DNA of 64,000 nt. It comes from Candidatus Heimdallarchaeum aukensis. GTDB taxonomy: Archaea; Asgardarchaeota; Heimdallarchaeia; Heimdallarchaeales; Heimdallarchaeaceae. Under the pieces are notes generated by a model, which saw only the letters and a program-made list of their open reading frames with translations, did no database searches and had not been told where the DNA came from. The stretch is from assembly GCA_021513695.1 (NCBI GenBank), contig CP084166.1, forward strand, positions 608,001 through 672,000, written 5' to 3'. The translations under genes and the position numbers were made by a program. Positions 53,027 through 62,973 of this stretch are shown here, in pieces. Position 1 is the stretch's first letter, and every line of letters starts with the position of its first letter.

Positions 53027-53297
53027 TTAAATGTTTGTTCAAACATATATAATTTTTTCCATTGTGAAATTATTTCCATTATAACAATATATTTATATAC
53101 CAGTTTGGCATAATTATCACAACAGAAAAAATTCCAATTTGGAATTAATTCATAGGTGGTGAGAAAAAAATGAAAGAAAGAAGGAAAAGAGAAAACAGAA
53201 TTAGAGAGACAAATAACACAATATGGACATTTAATGGTCACTTTTGTTCAGTAAGTTCTTCAAGAGTGAACAATCAAAGAATAAATAGGGATCAACG

Positions 53298-54710
53298 ATG
53301 AGTCTAGAGGAAGAAAATATAACTAAAAAACCTAGAGCAATATCATTGCTGAAAAGTTGGGACTTTTCAGCTCTCTTTTTTGGTGGCTTTATAAATAATG
53401 TTGGGTCATATTTTACTTTCATTGGAATAGTCTTCTTTGCATTGGAATTAACAAAAGATCTTCCAAAAGAAGTAGCTACACAGGAAGTAGCACTCATATC
53501 TACTTTTACCTTGATTCCGATGCTTTTACTTGGCCCTATTGGCGGAGCAATAGCTGACAGAATTGATAGAAAGAAAATATTGTATTTAGCTGATTTACTT
53601 GGAGGATTGGCAGCATTTAGTCTATTTTTTTCAAATAAGATATGGCATCTCTATATCTTTAGTATAGTTAATGCTGCAGTAAGGCAATTTTTCTACCCTG
53701 CTAAACAAGCTTCATTGCCAAAAATCGTGAAACGAGAACAATTACTGAGTGCAAATGGCTTTATACAGTCTACTCAACAATTATCGAGAATTATAGGGCC
53801 ATTAGCTGCAGGATTTACAGTAGCTGCTTTTGGGCTAAAGATCGCCTTCCTTGTTGATGGAGTTTCTTATCTGATTTCAAGTATAATGATTATGACAATC
53901 CGTACTGACTTAAGACCTAAAAAGAATGGAGAAAGTATTACTATCAGCAACGTTTTCACTGACCTTAAAGACGGTTTTAAAATGGTAATAACCGACAATA
54001 TTCTTCGATTTATAATAATAATATTCTTCTTCACAATACTAGCAATTGGGTTCTTGGATCCATTATTTGTTCCTTATATTGACTTTGAATTTGGATTGGG
54101 TGAAAGAGACTTTGGTATATTAATGAGTTTTTCAGCAGTAAGTGGAATAATATCAGCTTTGCTTATTTCAGCCAAAAAACAGATGAAACGAAAGATTATG
54201 TTTATGCTTGTTACAATCGTGATACTTGGAACAATGACGACAATTATTGGTATAGCACCTTATATACCTGGAAGCATAATATGGCTATTTGCAGGATTTT
54301 CATTAATTGGGATGATTAATGTAGGTTTCAATGTTCCTTTCAGCACTTTACTTCAAAAAATCGTAAGAAATGAACATTTAGGAAAAATAAGCGGAATCAT
54401 CGACACTGTACTAACTATTGCATCACTACTAGCGAGTGTTTTTGCAGTCATTCTAGCTAGATATATTTCGATAAGTACAATATTTATGATTGTTTCTGCA
54501 GTAATAATCGCTGCAGGAATTCTAGGATTGTTCCTTAATAAGGTAAATCAATATGACAAAATTGCAATGAAGAGAGAAAAACAGATGACTGAAGAATTAG
54601 CTAAAGAAGAAAGAGAAATTTCAGATAGTCAAATAACCAATAAGATAGAAGAAGGTTATTCAGATAATGTTAATCCTTATCCAATAACAGAGCCAGCTCA
54701 TTATGATTGA
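53298..54710 (+). CDS. MFS transporter (EntS/MFS_3-like) with acidic C-terminal tail
   Basis: Twelve-TM-like profile. GPIGGAIADRIDRKKILY is MFS motif A. Confidence 0.8.
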   Translation: MSLEEENITKKPRAISLLKSWDFSALFFGGFINNVGSYFTFIGIVFFALELTKDLPKEVATQEVALISTFTLIPMLLLGPIGGAIADRIDRKKILYLADLLGGLAAFSLFFSNKIWHLYIFSIVNAAVRQFFYPAKQASLPKIVKREQLLSANGFIQSTQQLSRIIGPLAAGFTVAAFGLKIAFLVDGVSYLISSIMIMTIRTDLRPKKNGESITISNVFTDLKDGFKMVITDNILRFIIIIFFFTILAIGFLDPLFVPYIDFEFGLGERDFGILMSFSAVSGIISALLISAKKQMKRKIMFMLVTIVILGTMTTIIGIAPYIPGSIIWLFAGFSLIGMINVGFNVPFSTLLQKIVRNEHLGKISGIIDTVLTIASLLASVFAVILARYISISTIFMIVSAVIIAAGILGLFLNKVNQYDKIAMKREKQMTEELAKEEREISDSQITNKIEEGYSDNVNPYPITEPAHYD

Positions 54711-54750
54711 GAATTCTTCATTAAATTTTTTACCCTTTTTTTGCTCTTTA

Positions 54751-55975
54751 TATAGTACTTCCGCAATAACTTAGACTCTCTCACCTCCATACAAACTTGA
54801 ACGTAAACACCTCAAGGTGAAATAGAGAGTAACAGGTCTTGAGCGTTTCAAGAGCGGTTTGTCAGACGGGGGAGTGAAAAAAGGAGGGATAACAGAAGAG
54901 CGAAAACAGACATATAAAGCGAGGACGAGAAGAGAAAAACAAAGATACAAGAACCTGACGGTGGCATTATTCGTAGTTGTAGAAACACTAATACTCTTGA
55001 GAAGACGGTAGGACGTCTCTATACCCCACCGATGACAATAATCGTAGATCTGTTGCTCTGAAGAGATATGCCAACTGATACAAACAAACCAGTCTTTCCG
55101 CTTTGGGAGCCAATAAGCATGCAACATAACTTCTGTAGTTAGTTTCACCTTGTCCACTTTTCATAGTGTAAGGAACAGAAGTTATTTTACCTGTTTTAGG
55201 AAAGGTTTCCAGGTATGACCTAATCTTCTTATTTTTCCGTGCCCCAATGACGAAAGGAATAGTGTATTCTTGTAGTAGTTTCACTACTTCAACAGAATAA
55301 AAACCTCTATCTGCATACAACACCTTTATGCTCCTGTTTTTAAGACTAAACTTGTTGAAGAGCGATTCTAATAGTCCCTCTTTAGAATCAAAAGTTGACA
55401 CGGTAAATGCACCTAAAGGAAGAGCACCATAAGATGATTTAACTGTTGACACCGTGATATATCGATAAAATCATTCATTTTTATACTGGTGAATATACTC
55501 ATCTCTTCTTTTCCCATAATATCGTATGTCCATCGTGTCTACTGCTAGTATTAATGGACTCTTTATTTTCTTCTTTCTTTTCAATAGTTCCCCACACTGC
55601 TGAAATGAAGAGATGAAAACCTCTGATATGCCGTTTATATCCAATTTGTTCAAGTGATAACGTATTGTATCTCCGTCTTTAGTCGAAAATTGTTCAGCTG
55701 ACTGCTCGATAGATGTTTGTTCCACCACTGCTCCCAAGACGGTCTTCTTAACCTCTTCTTTTGTTTCCCCTCTTTTCCTCTGTCCTTTGTGTGGAAAATC
55801 CATCTTTCTTATCCAGTGACAAACTTTTATACTTGTTTTCCTATCTTCTCTTGTGGGTTGAAAGCGTTTTTCTAAAAAACTTTTGACCGATTTTAATAAG
55901 CTGAAGTTAGAATTGTTCATATTATTATTGTCGGGCTTTCAACCCATAACTTTTACGATAATTCGGAAGTACTAT
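54751..55975 (-). mobile_element. Insertion sequence (IS4-superfamily DDE type), decayed, ~1.2 kb
   Basis: Perfect 12-bp terminal inverted repeats: atagtacttccg at 54752..54763 and cggaagtactat at 55964..55975. They enclose the broken transposase. The interior is visibly more G+C-rich than the flanks. It is inserted in the intergenic space between the MFS gene and the TPR gene. Confidence 0.75.
54771..55920 (-). pseudogene. DDE transposase, disrupted by one in-frame TGA and one +1 frameshift
   Basis: The track ORFs 55471..55920 and 54988..55452 share a frame and are separated only by a TGA at 55471-55473. The third piece (54771..55157) is reached by a 1-nt shift at the run ATGAAAAGTGG (~55150). 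Catalytic landmarks: LAVDTMDIRYYG (D), VLYADRGFYS (D), YDYCHRWGIETSYRLLK (Y-x2-R-x3-E-x6-K). Confidence 0.8.
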
Positions 55976-56019
55976 TATATAAAAAAAATTTAAATATTAA
56001 ATATTTAAAATATTGTAGA

Positions 56020-57513
56020 TTGCTTTCGCCATATACTAAAGAATTCCTGAAACAGTTTAGAGATTCTCCAAAAAAAACTATTAACAAATTAAAGTCTAAA
56101 TTATCAAAAACAGAAAATGCAATAGATAAAATAAATATTCTCTTAACTTTATCCTTTTTTTGTATATCACAGGGTAATTTTCTCGAATCTTTAGAATATG
56201 CTAAAAAAGCTTTAGATCTCTCAAGGAAAGAGAAGGATGTATTTTTAGAAATACAATCTTTTTTGTTAATTGCAGAAGCTTATTTCTTCCTTGGTAAGCT
56301 AGATATAGCTTCTCAAAATATTGAATTAATTGAAATCTTACTGCATGAAGATGCCTTTAAAGACGAGAAAAACCTTTATACTGAACTTCTTGCTCATTTA
56401 TGTAAAATTAAGGGGAACATTTCTTTTAGCAAGAGAGAATATAGTAATGCACTTGATTTGTATAAAAAATGTAGTAAATTGTACAAAAAAATAGATAATA
56501 AAGAAGCTGAAGCAAAAATACTTTCTAATCTAGGTGTAGTAAACCAAAATATAGGGAAATATGATCAAGCAATCAGCTATCTTAACCAAGCAAAAGAAAT
56601 TTATGAAGAAGTTGATGATCATAGAGGAATTGGAATCTGTTTAAACAACATTGCAGAAGTTTATAGAATTCAACATAAATATAAAAAAGCTATTGAATAC
56701 TATAAACAATCTTTAGAAATTGGTACAAATAGAAATAGCAATTTTATTAGTTTTCTTGCTTATTTTAACCTAGGTTTAACTTACATGACTATACAAGATT
56801 ACAATAAAGCAAAAATGTATTTTGAAAATAGTGTGAAATTGTGTAATGAAATAGGAAATACTAGTTATCTAGCAATGTCATATTTTTATTTAGGAAGAAT
56901 AATGGTTAATCTATTAGATTCAAAAAATGTATCTAACTTCATTTTAGAATTAGAGGAACAAGTGTCTATCCACAATTCATCTGAACTAAAATATGTTCAT
57001 AAGATTTTACTAGCTTTACTCAAATTAAATTCTGGAAAGAGGATAGAAAGATGTAAAGCAATAAAAATATTTGATGACTTACTCAATACTGAAACAAATA
57101 TCCAAGAATTCTATTTCTACACAGGAATACAACTTTGTAATTTTTTCTTTGATGAATTATATGCTTTTGAAAAAGAAGAAATATTGGATGAGTTAAACAG
57201 TTTCTTCAATCAAATTTTAGAAAAAATTAATGAACATGAGGATTTCATTCTGGGATTACAAATTGTCCTATTATACATCCATTTTCTAGCTTTGGTAGAT
57301 GAGAGAACAACGATGAATAATTATTACAATAGGACAAGAAAGATGCTTAATAATAAGAATTTAACAAATTTCGAGAAAATAATGGAAGAATATTGGAAAA
57401 TTATTCAAGAAGCAATTGAAGATATAAATTGGAGAGATTACACAATTAAAGAGAGAATGGAATTACTTGGTATTAAAGAACTATTAGAAAACATAATAGA
57501 AAGATTTGTTTAG
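56020..57513 (+). CDS. TPR repeat protein
   Basis: Canonical TPRs (LSNLGVVNQNIGKYDQAISYLNQAKEIYEE, LNNIAEVYRIQHKYKKAIEYYKQSLEI, YFNLGLTYMTIQDYNKAKMYFENSVKL). The TTG start comes from the track and is uncertain. Confidence 0.8.
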   Translation: MLSPYTKEFLKQFRDSPKKTINKLKSKLSKTENAIDKINILLTLSFFCISQGNFLESLEYAKKALDLSRKEKDVFLEIQSFLLIAEAYFFLGKLDIASQNIELIEILLHEDAFKDEKNLYTELLAHLCKIKGNISFSKREYSNALDLYKKCSKLYKKIDNKEAEAKILSNLGVVNQNIGKYDQAISYLNQAKEIYEEVDDHRGIGICLNNIAEVYRIQHKYKKAIEYYKQSLEIGTNRNSNFISFLAYFNLGLTYMTIQDYNKAKMYFENSVKLCNEIGNTSYLAMSYFYLGRIMVNLLDSKNVSNFILELEEQVSIHNSSELKYVHKILLALLKLNSGKRIERCKAIKIFDDLLNTETNIQEFYFYTGIQLCNFFFDELYAFEKEEILDELNSFFNQILEKINEHEDFILGLQIVLLYIHFLALVDERTTMNNYYNRTRKMLNNKNLTNFEKIMEEYWKIIQEAIEDINWRDYTIKERMELLGIKELLENIIERFV

Positions 57514-57564
57514 CTTATCTACTATTTTTTGGCAAATATATTAATGAAAAAGAATTTATCTTTA

Positions 57565-58395
57565 TTATTTGAGTTTTTTGCTCAATAGCCAGTAATTATT
57601 CAGTAATTGAATCAGTTCTTCATAAACTTCCTGCATTTCTTTATTAGCTCCAATAATAGGTAATTCAATATTTAGTTGATGCTTATCTGAAAAATAGTTA
57701 AAGTATAAATCGTCAAATATTGAAATATCCATTCTAAAATACTCAAAATCTATTAAAGAAACTTGATTTCCATTCACAATTATATTCAAAGGCACTAAGT
57801 CCCCGTGTATATAACTAACTTTCAATCCTTCAATCTGTAAATTCTCATATAAATTCTTCAATTTATTTTCTAATTTTGGAATTTTTGCAGACATATACTC
57901 AGGAACATTTAGATTCATTTTTTCATAATTATCAAAAACTCTAAAATAAAAGGATTGTAACTTTGAAAATTGTTTTTTAGCTTTCTTAATTTTTTTGTTA
58001 GTATAACCATGAATAAAATCAATAGTCTTTCGAAGTTCTTCTTCTATGTTCTTTCTTTCTTCATTTGTTAGGTTTGTTATTTCCTTTCCTATAATGTAAT
58101 TATAACAAAGAATTTTAGAATTATCAGTCCAAATTAATTTTGGAGCAATTTTTCCTCCAAAGAGCTCTAAAGCTCTTTTTTCGTTTTGAAGTCTTTTTTC
58201 AGCAGGAATAGCTTGATCTTTTTCATAAATCTTACAAACTGCAATGGGAGAATTATCTTTTGATTCTATCAAAAACTTTGTATTAGATAGACCTTTTTCC
58301 ATTTTCTGCCATTTTAGCTTTACTGAAGAACTGAGATGAAAATAATTTCTGATTCTTTTATTTATTTTTTCTATTTGTTTTTCTGATAAAATCAT
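57565..58395 (-). CDS. APH/choline-kinase-fold small-molecule kinase, proposed thiamine kinase (ThiK-like) from context
   Basis: Brenner motif YIHGDLVPLNIIV and Mg-binding LIDFEY. It is ~276 aa, like E. coli ThiK. Its ATG overlaps the stop of the upstream ABC ATPase (ATGA), making it the last gene of the thiB-thiP operon. Confidence 0.55.
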   Translation of the reverse strand: MILSEKQIEKINKRIRNYFHLSSSVKLKWQKMEKGLSNTKFLIESKDNSPIAVCKIYEKDQAIPAEKRLQNEKRALELFGGKIAPKLIWTDNSKILCYNYIIGKEITNLTNEERKNIEEELRKTIDFIHGYTNKKIKKAKKQFSKLQSFYFRVFDNYEKMNLNVPEYMSAKIPKLENKLKNLYENLQIEGLKVSYIHGDLVPLNIIVNGNQVSLIDFEYFRMDISIFDDLYFNYFSDKHQLNIELPIIGANKEMQEVYEELIQLLNNYWLLSKKLK

Positions 58396-59489
58396 AGCAA
58401 AACCACTTTTTCTGAAGCAATTTCAAGGGTTACATTTTGATTCGTTTTTAGATAGTTAACAAGTTCTTTATTTTCTGTGTCTACTTTTAGATATTCTATA
58501 TTTTCTCCTTGTATTTCAACCACTATTCTAAAAAGACTTTTTCCTATTTCAATTACTGATTTTATTATTCCTTTCTTAATTACACTTTCTTTTTCTTCAC
58601 TTAACTTCTTTTCTATTGTTGATATTTTAATTTCAGTGGGAGGAATTTTTATTCCAGTAATCTTTTTCCTTCTCTGCGTATCTGATAACGGTATTTTCAT
58701 TTGCCCAATTGTTGTATCTACTATAACAAAATTATCATTCTCTTTATTAATAGAATAGAATGAAACAGGAAATACGTTTAGACTCCCCATTATTTTTGCA
58801 GTGAGATAATTTAATGGCTTTCTATCTACTTCTATTATTTTTCCTATTTGTTGTACTTTTCCATCATACATTATCGCTACTCTATCTCCAATTAATCTTG
58901 CTTCTTCTTGGTTATGGGTAACATACAGTGTAGTAGTTTCTGTTTCTTTCTGGATTCTTCTAATTGTTAAAGCAAGAGCTTCTCTTCCTGAAGCATCGAT
59001 ACTCGAGAGGGGTTCATCTAAAAGAAGTATTTTGGGGTTAGTTACCATGCTTCTTGCTAAAGCCACTCTTTGTTTCTGCCCTCCACTTATTTCATGGGGA
59101 TATCGATCTAGTAAATCTTTAATTTCTGTAAGGTTCACTATCCACTCTAATTTCTCTTTAATCTGTTCTCTAGGTAGCTTTTTTGCTTTTAAACCAAAAA
59201 TAACATTATCTTTTACTTTCATATGAGGAAAGAGTATTTGTCCTTGAGGAACATAACCGATATTTCTTTTCTGAGGTGAAAGGTTTGAAATATCAACACC
59301 ATCAACAAAAATGCGCCCTGTTTCATGTTCTAAGATTCCAGCTATAACTTTCAACAATGATGTTTTTCCACAGCCAGATTCACCTAAAATGACTACTAAT
59401 TCTCCTGATTCTACTTCGAGACATAGATTGTCCAATATGTATTTTCTCTGATATCGCATTGAAAGATCTTTGATTTCTAACTTTGTCAT
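58392..59489 (-). CDS. ABC transporter ATP-binding protein with C-terminal TOBE-like domain (thiamine importer ATPase by context)
   Basis: Walker A GESGCGKTS, Q-loop YVPQG, signature ISGGQKQRVALARS, Walker B LLLDEPLS, H-loop YVTHN. It is longer than E. coli ThiQ, so it is PotA/FbpC-like in architecture. Confidence 0.9.
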   Translation of the reverse strand: MTKLEIKDLSMRYQRKYILDNLCLEVESGELVVILGESGCGKTSLLKVIAGILEHETGRIFVDGVDISNLSPQKRNIGYVPQGQILFPHMKVKDNVIFGLKAKKLPREQIKEKLEWIVNLTEIKDLLDRYPHEISGGQKQRVALARSMVTNPKILLLDEPLSSIDASGREALALTIRRIQKETETTTLYVTHNQEEARLIGDRVAIMYDGKVQQIGKIIEVDRKPLNYLTAKIMGSLNVFPVSFYSINKENDNFVIVDTTIGQMKIPLSDTQRRKKITGIKIPPTEIKISTIEKKLSEEKESVIKKGIIKSVIEIGKSLFRIVVEIQGENIEYLKVDTENKELVNYLKTNQNVTLEIASEKVVLL

Positions 59490-59495
59490 TTATTT

Positions 59496-61265
59496 CTACA
59501 CCTTCAACTCTATATCACCAAGTTTCTGAATTATGAGAAACGATAGCACAGTAAGAATTATCAATATAGTTGCCATTGTAGCAGGGAGTTGTATCGTCTG
59601 TGATATAATAAGCTTGTAAATTGCAATAGACAATGTACCAAAACTTCCACGAACTAAAAAGTTTGTTGCTCCAAATTCTCCTAAACTTATAGCAAAAGAG
59701 AATATTCCTCCAACAATTAAACTCTTCCCAATTAGAGGAAATTCAATTTTTTTGAAAATGAAGAATCTTGAAGCTCCTAAAGTAGAAGCAACGTTTAACA
59801 TTTCCACATCGATTCTATTATAAGCTGCAAGAATAGAACGAGTGGCAAAGGGTATGCTAATTAACACATGAGAGAGTATAATCAAAATCCATACATAGTT
59901 TAGATAAACTTCTGTTGTCCTATACTTCAAAAATAGCCCTAAAGCTAGTGTGATTGAAGAAGTGGCCATAGGTAAAATTATCAAGTAAGAAATGAAGTTT
60001 TCAACTATTGATTGTTTATAATTTCTCAATTTATTATATCGAATTCGCAGAATTAGAACTATCAATAACGAAAAGAATAGAGTTATTATTGTTGCTGAAA
60101 AAGAAAAGATAATCGTATTAATAAACATTCTAAATGGAGAATTTCCGAGAATGGCCATATATTCTGAAGAAAGAAGAGTAAGATATCCCCATAGAGGAGA
60201 AATACCTTTAGTGTATGGAATGAAAGATTCAATGATTACTGCGATCATTGGAGAAAAACTAAAAAGCATTACAAATAGTGTAATTAAACTCAAAAAAATA
60301 AAACTAATTTTTTCCTTTAAGGGGGTGTTTTTTAATTTAATAGGTTTAGGTTTTATTCCTTTTTCTTTTCCTCTAGCCATTTGTCTTGTTTTATTTTCAA
60401 AAAATAGGTAAATAATTATTATCAGGGTATTGATTAATAGTTGTATTATAGCTAGCGAAGAACCTTCTGTGAATTTTAGAGAATTCTTTATCAGTTTATA
60501 GATTCTTACTTCAAGAGTTTGGTATTTTACTTCTCCCAGATATAATACTATAGCAAAACTATTGAAACAATATATAAAAACTAGTAGAGCAGCAGAAACA
60601 ATAAAATTGATTAGTTGAGGAAAAACTATTTTTCTAAAGATTGTAAAGTTTTTTACACCTAAAGTCTTAGAAACTTCAACTTGTTCATAATCTAGGTTCA
60701 TCCAAGCAGGAATCATTAATCTAATTATTACTGATAAGTTATAGAAAACATGAGCTGCAATAATTCCTTCTACTGTTCCAAAAATTTTAAACAATGATCT
60801 ATCAGTCTGAAAGACTGTCTTCCATACACTATTCAACCAGCCGTTTTCTCCATAGGTTATTATAAAACCCAAAAGAACAACTATTGGTGGTAAAACAAAA
60901 GGAACTGTTAATAAGTTTATAACTAGATCTTTTCCTTTAAACTTATATTGTGCAAAAAAATAGCTCACTGGAAGTCCAAAAACTAAACAAATAATTGTTG
61001 AAATTAATGCTTGATTAAAACTAAAAGATAAAAATCTGATATTACTTGATTGAGTAACTGTGCTCCAAAAAACAGAAAAAACACTTTCGTCTCCTATTTC
61101 TCCATTTTTTTGAAAAGCATAAGAAAGAATTTTAAATAAAGGTAAATAAAAGAAAGAAAGAAGAAAAGAGAACAAAGCAATAAGAGCTAGTACCATGACC
61201 GCTCTTTCAACTTGTTTGTCAATATTTCTTTCCATTCTTCTTCTAAATGACAGTAAAATAATCAC
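59496..61265 (-). CDS. thiP: Thiamine ABC transporter permease (duplicated 6+6 TM, ThiP/FbpB-type)
   Basis: Two tandem ABC type-1 transmembrane domains, each with an EAA-like loop (VEVSKTLGVKNFTIFRKIVFPQL ; VEMLNVASTLGASRFFIFKKIEFPLI). An alternative ATG start lies at 61235. Confidence 0.8.
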   Translation of the reverse strand: MIILLSFRRRMERNIDKQVERAVMVLALIALFSFLLSFFYLPLFKILSYAFQKNGEIGDESVFSVFWSTVTQSSNIRFLSFSFNQALISTIICLVFGLPVSYFFAQYKFKGKDLVINLLTVPFVLPPIVVLLGFIITYGENGWLNSVWKTVFQTDRSLFKIFGTVEGIIAAHVFYNLSVIIRLMIPAWMNLDYEQVEVSKTLGVKNFTIFRKIVFPQLINFIVSAALLVFIYCFNSFAIVLYLGEVKYQTLEVRIYKLIKNSLKFTEGSSLAIIQLLINTLIIIIYLFFENKTRQMARGKEKGIKPKPIKLKNTPLKEKISFIFLSLITLFVMLFSFSPMIAVIIESFIPYTKGISPLWGYLTLLSSEYMAILGNSPFRMFINTIIFSFSATIITLFFSLLIVLILRIRYNKLRNYKQSIVENFISYLIILPMATSSITLALGLFLKYRTTEVYLNYVWILIILSHVLISIPFATRSILAAYNRIDVEMLNVASTLGASRFFIFKKIEFPLIGKSLIVGGIFSFAISLGEFGATNFLVRGSFGTLSIAIYKLIISQTIQLPATMATILIILTVLSFLIIQKLGDIELKV

Positions 61266-61266
61266 C

Positions 61267-62514
61267 TTATCTATTTTTCTTCTTTGTGATAATGTATGCT
61301 AGTGAAACGAAGCTCAAAGACAATATAATGAAACTAAATGTAGTGTAATCAGTTTTCTTCGTGCCTTCGATTATCACTGTTTCCCAATCAGTTTTCCACA
61401 TATCTAAGTTGTCATGCATAACAGTGGGTGAGATTATATCATTCAGTATATCCACATCATCAGGGTTTATAGCTGCATTTAGGAAACATTCAGGAACATT
61501 AGCATTTTTATTCGCAGGATACATCCATTGATTAAGAGGAATTTGATCTTGTAATTCTGTACTTAAAAACCAATCTATGAACTTCTTAGCGTTTTCTTCA
61601 TGAGGAGCATTATTAACAAGCCCTATCCCCTCAATTTGTAACCATGCGTTATTCTTTCCTTGTTCATGTGTAACAATAGCCTTAGAAGGTTGCTCTACTC
61701 CTGGTCCTACTCCCCATTGAGGGTGACAAACATCATAAGCAGGACTTGTTCCATAGCTTATCATAATCGGCCTATCCTCTGATTCAGAATAATAGATGTC
61801 AAAAGCTGCCCCCCAACTAGGAGCAATTCGAAGATCATCAGAAGTCATTCTCCACCAATCTCTCCAATCTTGATCTAACAAACCATTTAGATTTATTTTT
61901 GGGTCTCCATAAACAGCTATCGTCCATAGAAGAAAACCTAACCCAGGAGAGCTTAGTGTTGGATCCTCAACTACAAGTTTCTTATCCAAGTCATTTTCAA
62001 TTATTCCTTCTAATGTTAAGTCTTCAAGAGCAGGTGTAGAAGTTGTGTTTATTCTACTTCTGTCATACCATAAAGCAATAATTCCGTAATCATAAGGTAA
62101 AACATATTTTTCTGGATCTAAATTTTGAACGAGTTCAGAAGATATATTTACTAAAGTAGGTGATTCATAAGATTGCAATATTCCTTCATCTTTTGCAGTG
62201 TGAATTAGTACATTGTCGATTCCTATTAAAACATCAGCAACAGGATTCTCTTTTTCGAGAGAAGCTTGAGTTACAATTGTATTTGCATCCTCCAATAAAA
62301 CTAGCTTTATCTTCTCTTTTGGGATACCACTATAATTTGCAAAAGCTCCTATATAGTCAAAACCAGGGTCAGCAAGCAAGGACTCGTAAGTATAAATGAT
62401 CAGATCATAATCTTCAGCATTAATATTAGTATGTCCATCAACTAAACTACCGTTATAAAACAAAGTAAAAACTAACATTATACAAATTACCAAATTCTTA
62501 TTTTTTAGTTTCAT
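61267..62514 (-). CDS. thiB: Thiamine/TPP-binding ABC substrate-binding protein with C-terminal TM anchor
   Basis: It matches E. coli ThiB/TbpA segments as I remember them. YTYESLLADPGFD matches YTYDSFAADWGPG. VLLEDANT matches VALEDGVS. ADVLIGIDNVLIHTA matches ADVVLGLDNNLLDAA. DPTLSSPGLGFLLW matches DPRTSTPGLGLLLW. SYGTSPAY matches SYTTSPAY. NQWMYPAN matches GNWMYPVA. It has an N-terminal signal sequence and a C-terminal hydrophobic anchor + KKKNR. Confidence 0.8.
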   Translation of the reverse strand: MKLKNKNLVICIMLVFTLFYNGSLVDGHTNINAEDYDLIIYTYESLLADPGFDYIGAFANYSGIPKEKIKLVLLEDANTIVTQASLEKENPVADVLIGIDNVLIHTAKDEGILQSYESPTLVNISSELVQNLDPEKYVLPYDYGIIALWYDRSRINTTSTPALEDLTLEGIIENDLDKKLVVEDPTLSSPGLGFLLWTIAVYGDPKINLNGLLDQDWRDWWRMTSDDLRIAPSWGAAFDIYYSESEDRPIMISYGTSPAYDVCHPQWGVGPGVEQPSKAIVTHEQGKNNAWLQIEGIGLVNNAPHEENAKKFIDWFLSTELQDQIPLNQWMYPANKNANVPECFLNAAINPDDVDILNDIISPTVMHDNLDMWKTDWETVIIEGTKKTDYTTFSFIILSLSFVSLAYIITKKKNR

Positions 62515-62630
62515 GTTTTAACCTTCTGATCTCTATTTAAAAAATATATGCTCCCTCTATATATCCCCTATATGAGATTGTTCGACAAAAAGCGGAAAAA
62601 TATAAATAATTAGTCAAAGAATAAAAATCT

Positions 62631-62921
62631 ATGTCAAAATCGTTTAAACTTCCTCCATATAAAAAAGAAGCAAGTTGTACGCAATTTTGCCTAGTAAGAC
62701 CAATAATGAATATTGTATACGGTATAGTTGCATTTTTCGTTTTGGCCATTTATGGGATAATAATAGGAATCACTTCTTTCATAAACTGTTTCACAGTAGT
62801 ATGTACAAAATCGAGATGGGAAACTCATTACAACGTTGTGGCTAAATTAGCTTATTGGTCAGCTCACTTTAGTATGTATTTATCAAACGCTACAGATGAT
62901 ACTCCACCTTTATGCCCATAA
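62631..62921 (+). CDS. Small 2-TM membrane protein (DUF4389-like), uncertain
   Basis: The 96-aa ORF has a central hydrophobic hairpin and a C-terminal segment W-x-x-H-x-x-V-x-x-L-x-Y-W...Y-L-S-N-A-T-D-x-x-P-P that is reminiscent of DUF4389. Coding is plausible but unverified. Confidence 0.4.
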   Translation: MSKSFKLPPYKKEASCTQFCLVRPIMNIVYGIVAFFVLAIYGIIIGITSFINCFTVVCTKSRWETHYNVVAKLAYWSAHFSMYLSNATDDTPPLCP

Positions 62922-62973
62922 ACCTTTTTTTATTTTTTCTAAATATTTAAAATAGATAGTTATAGTGTATCTT

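Noticed and set aside
53023-53497. Two minus-strand ORFs (72 and 88 aa) in the divergent intergenic region and the 5' end of the MFS gene
   Set aside because: One overlaps the well-supported MFS transporter start and the other lies in the shared promoter region. Both have atypical composition and no motifs.
62515-62640. Looked for a TPP riboswitch upstream of thiB (minus strand)
   Set aside because: The leader lacks the conserved CUGAGA and ACCUGAUCUGGAUAAUGCCAGCG-type elements. Only AT-rich promoter-like sequence and a GAAGG Shine-Dalgarno-like motif are present.
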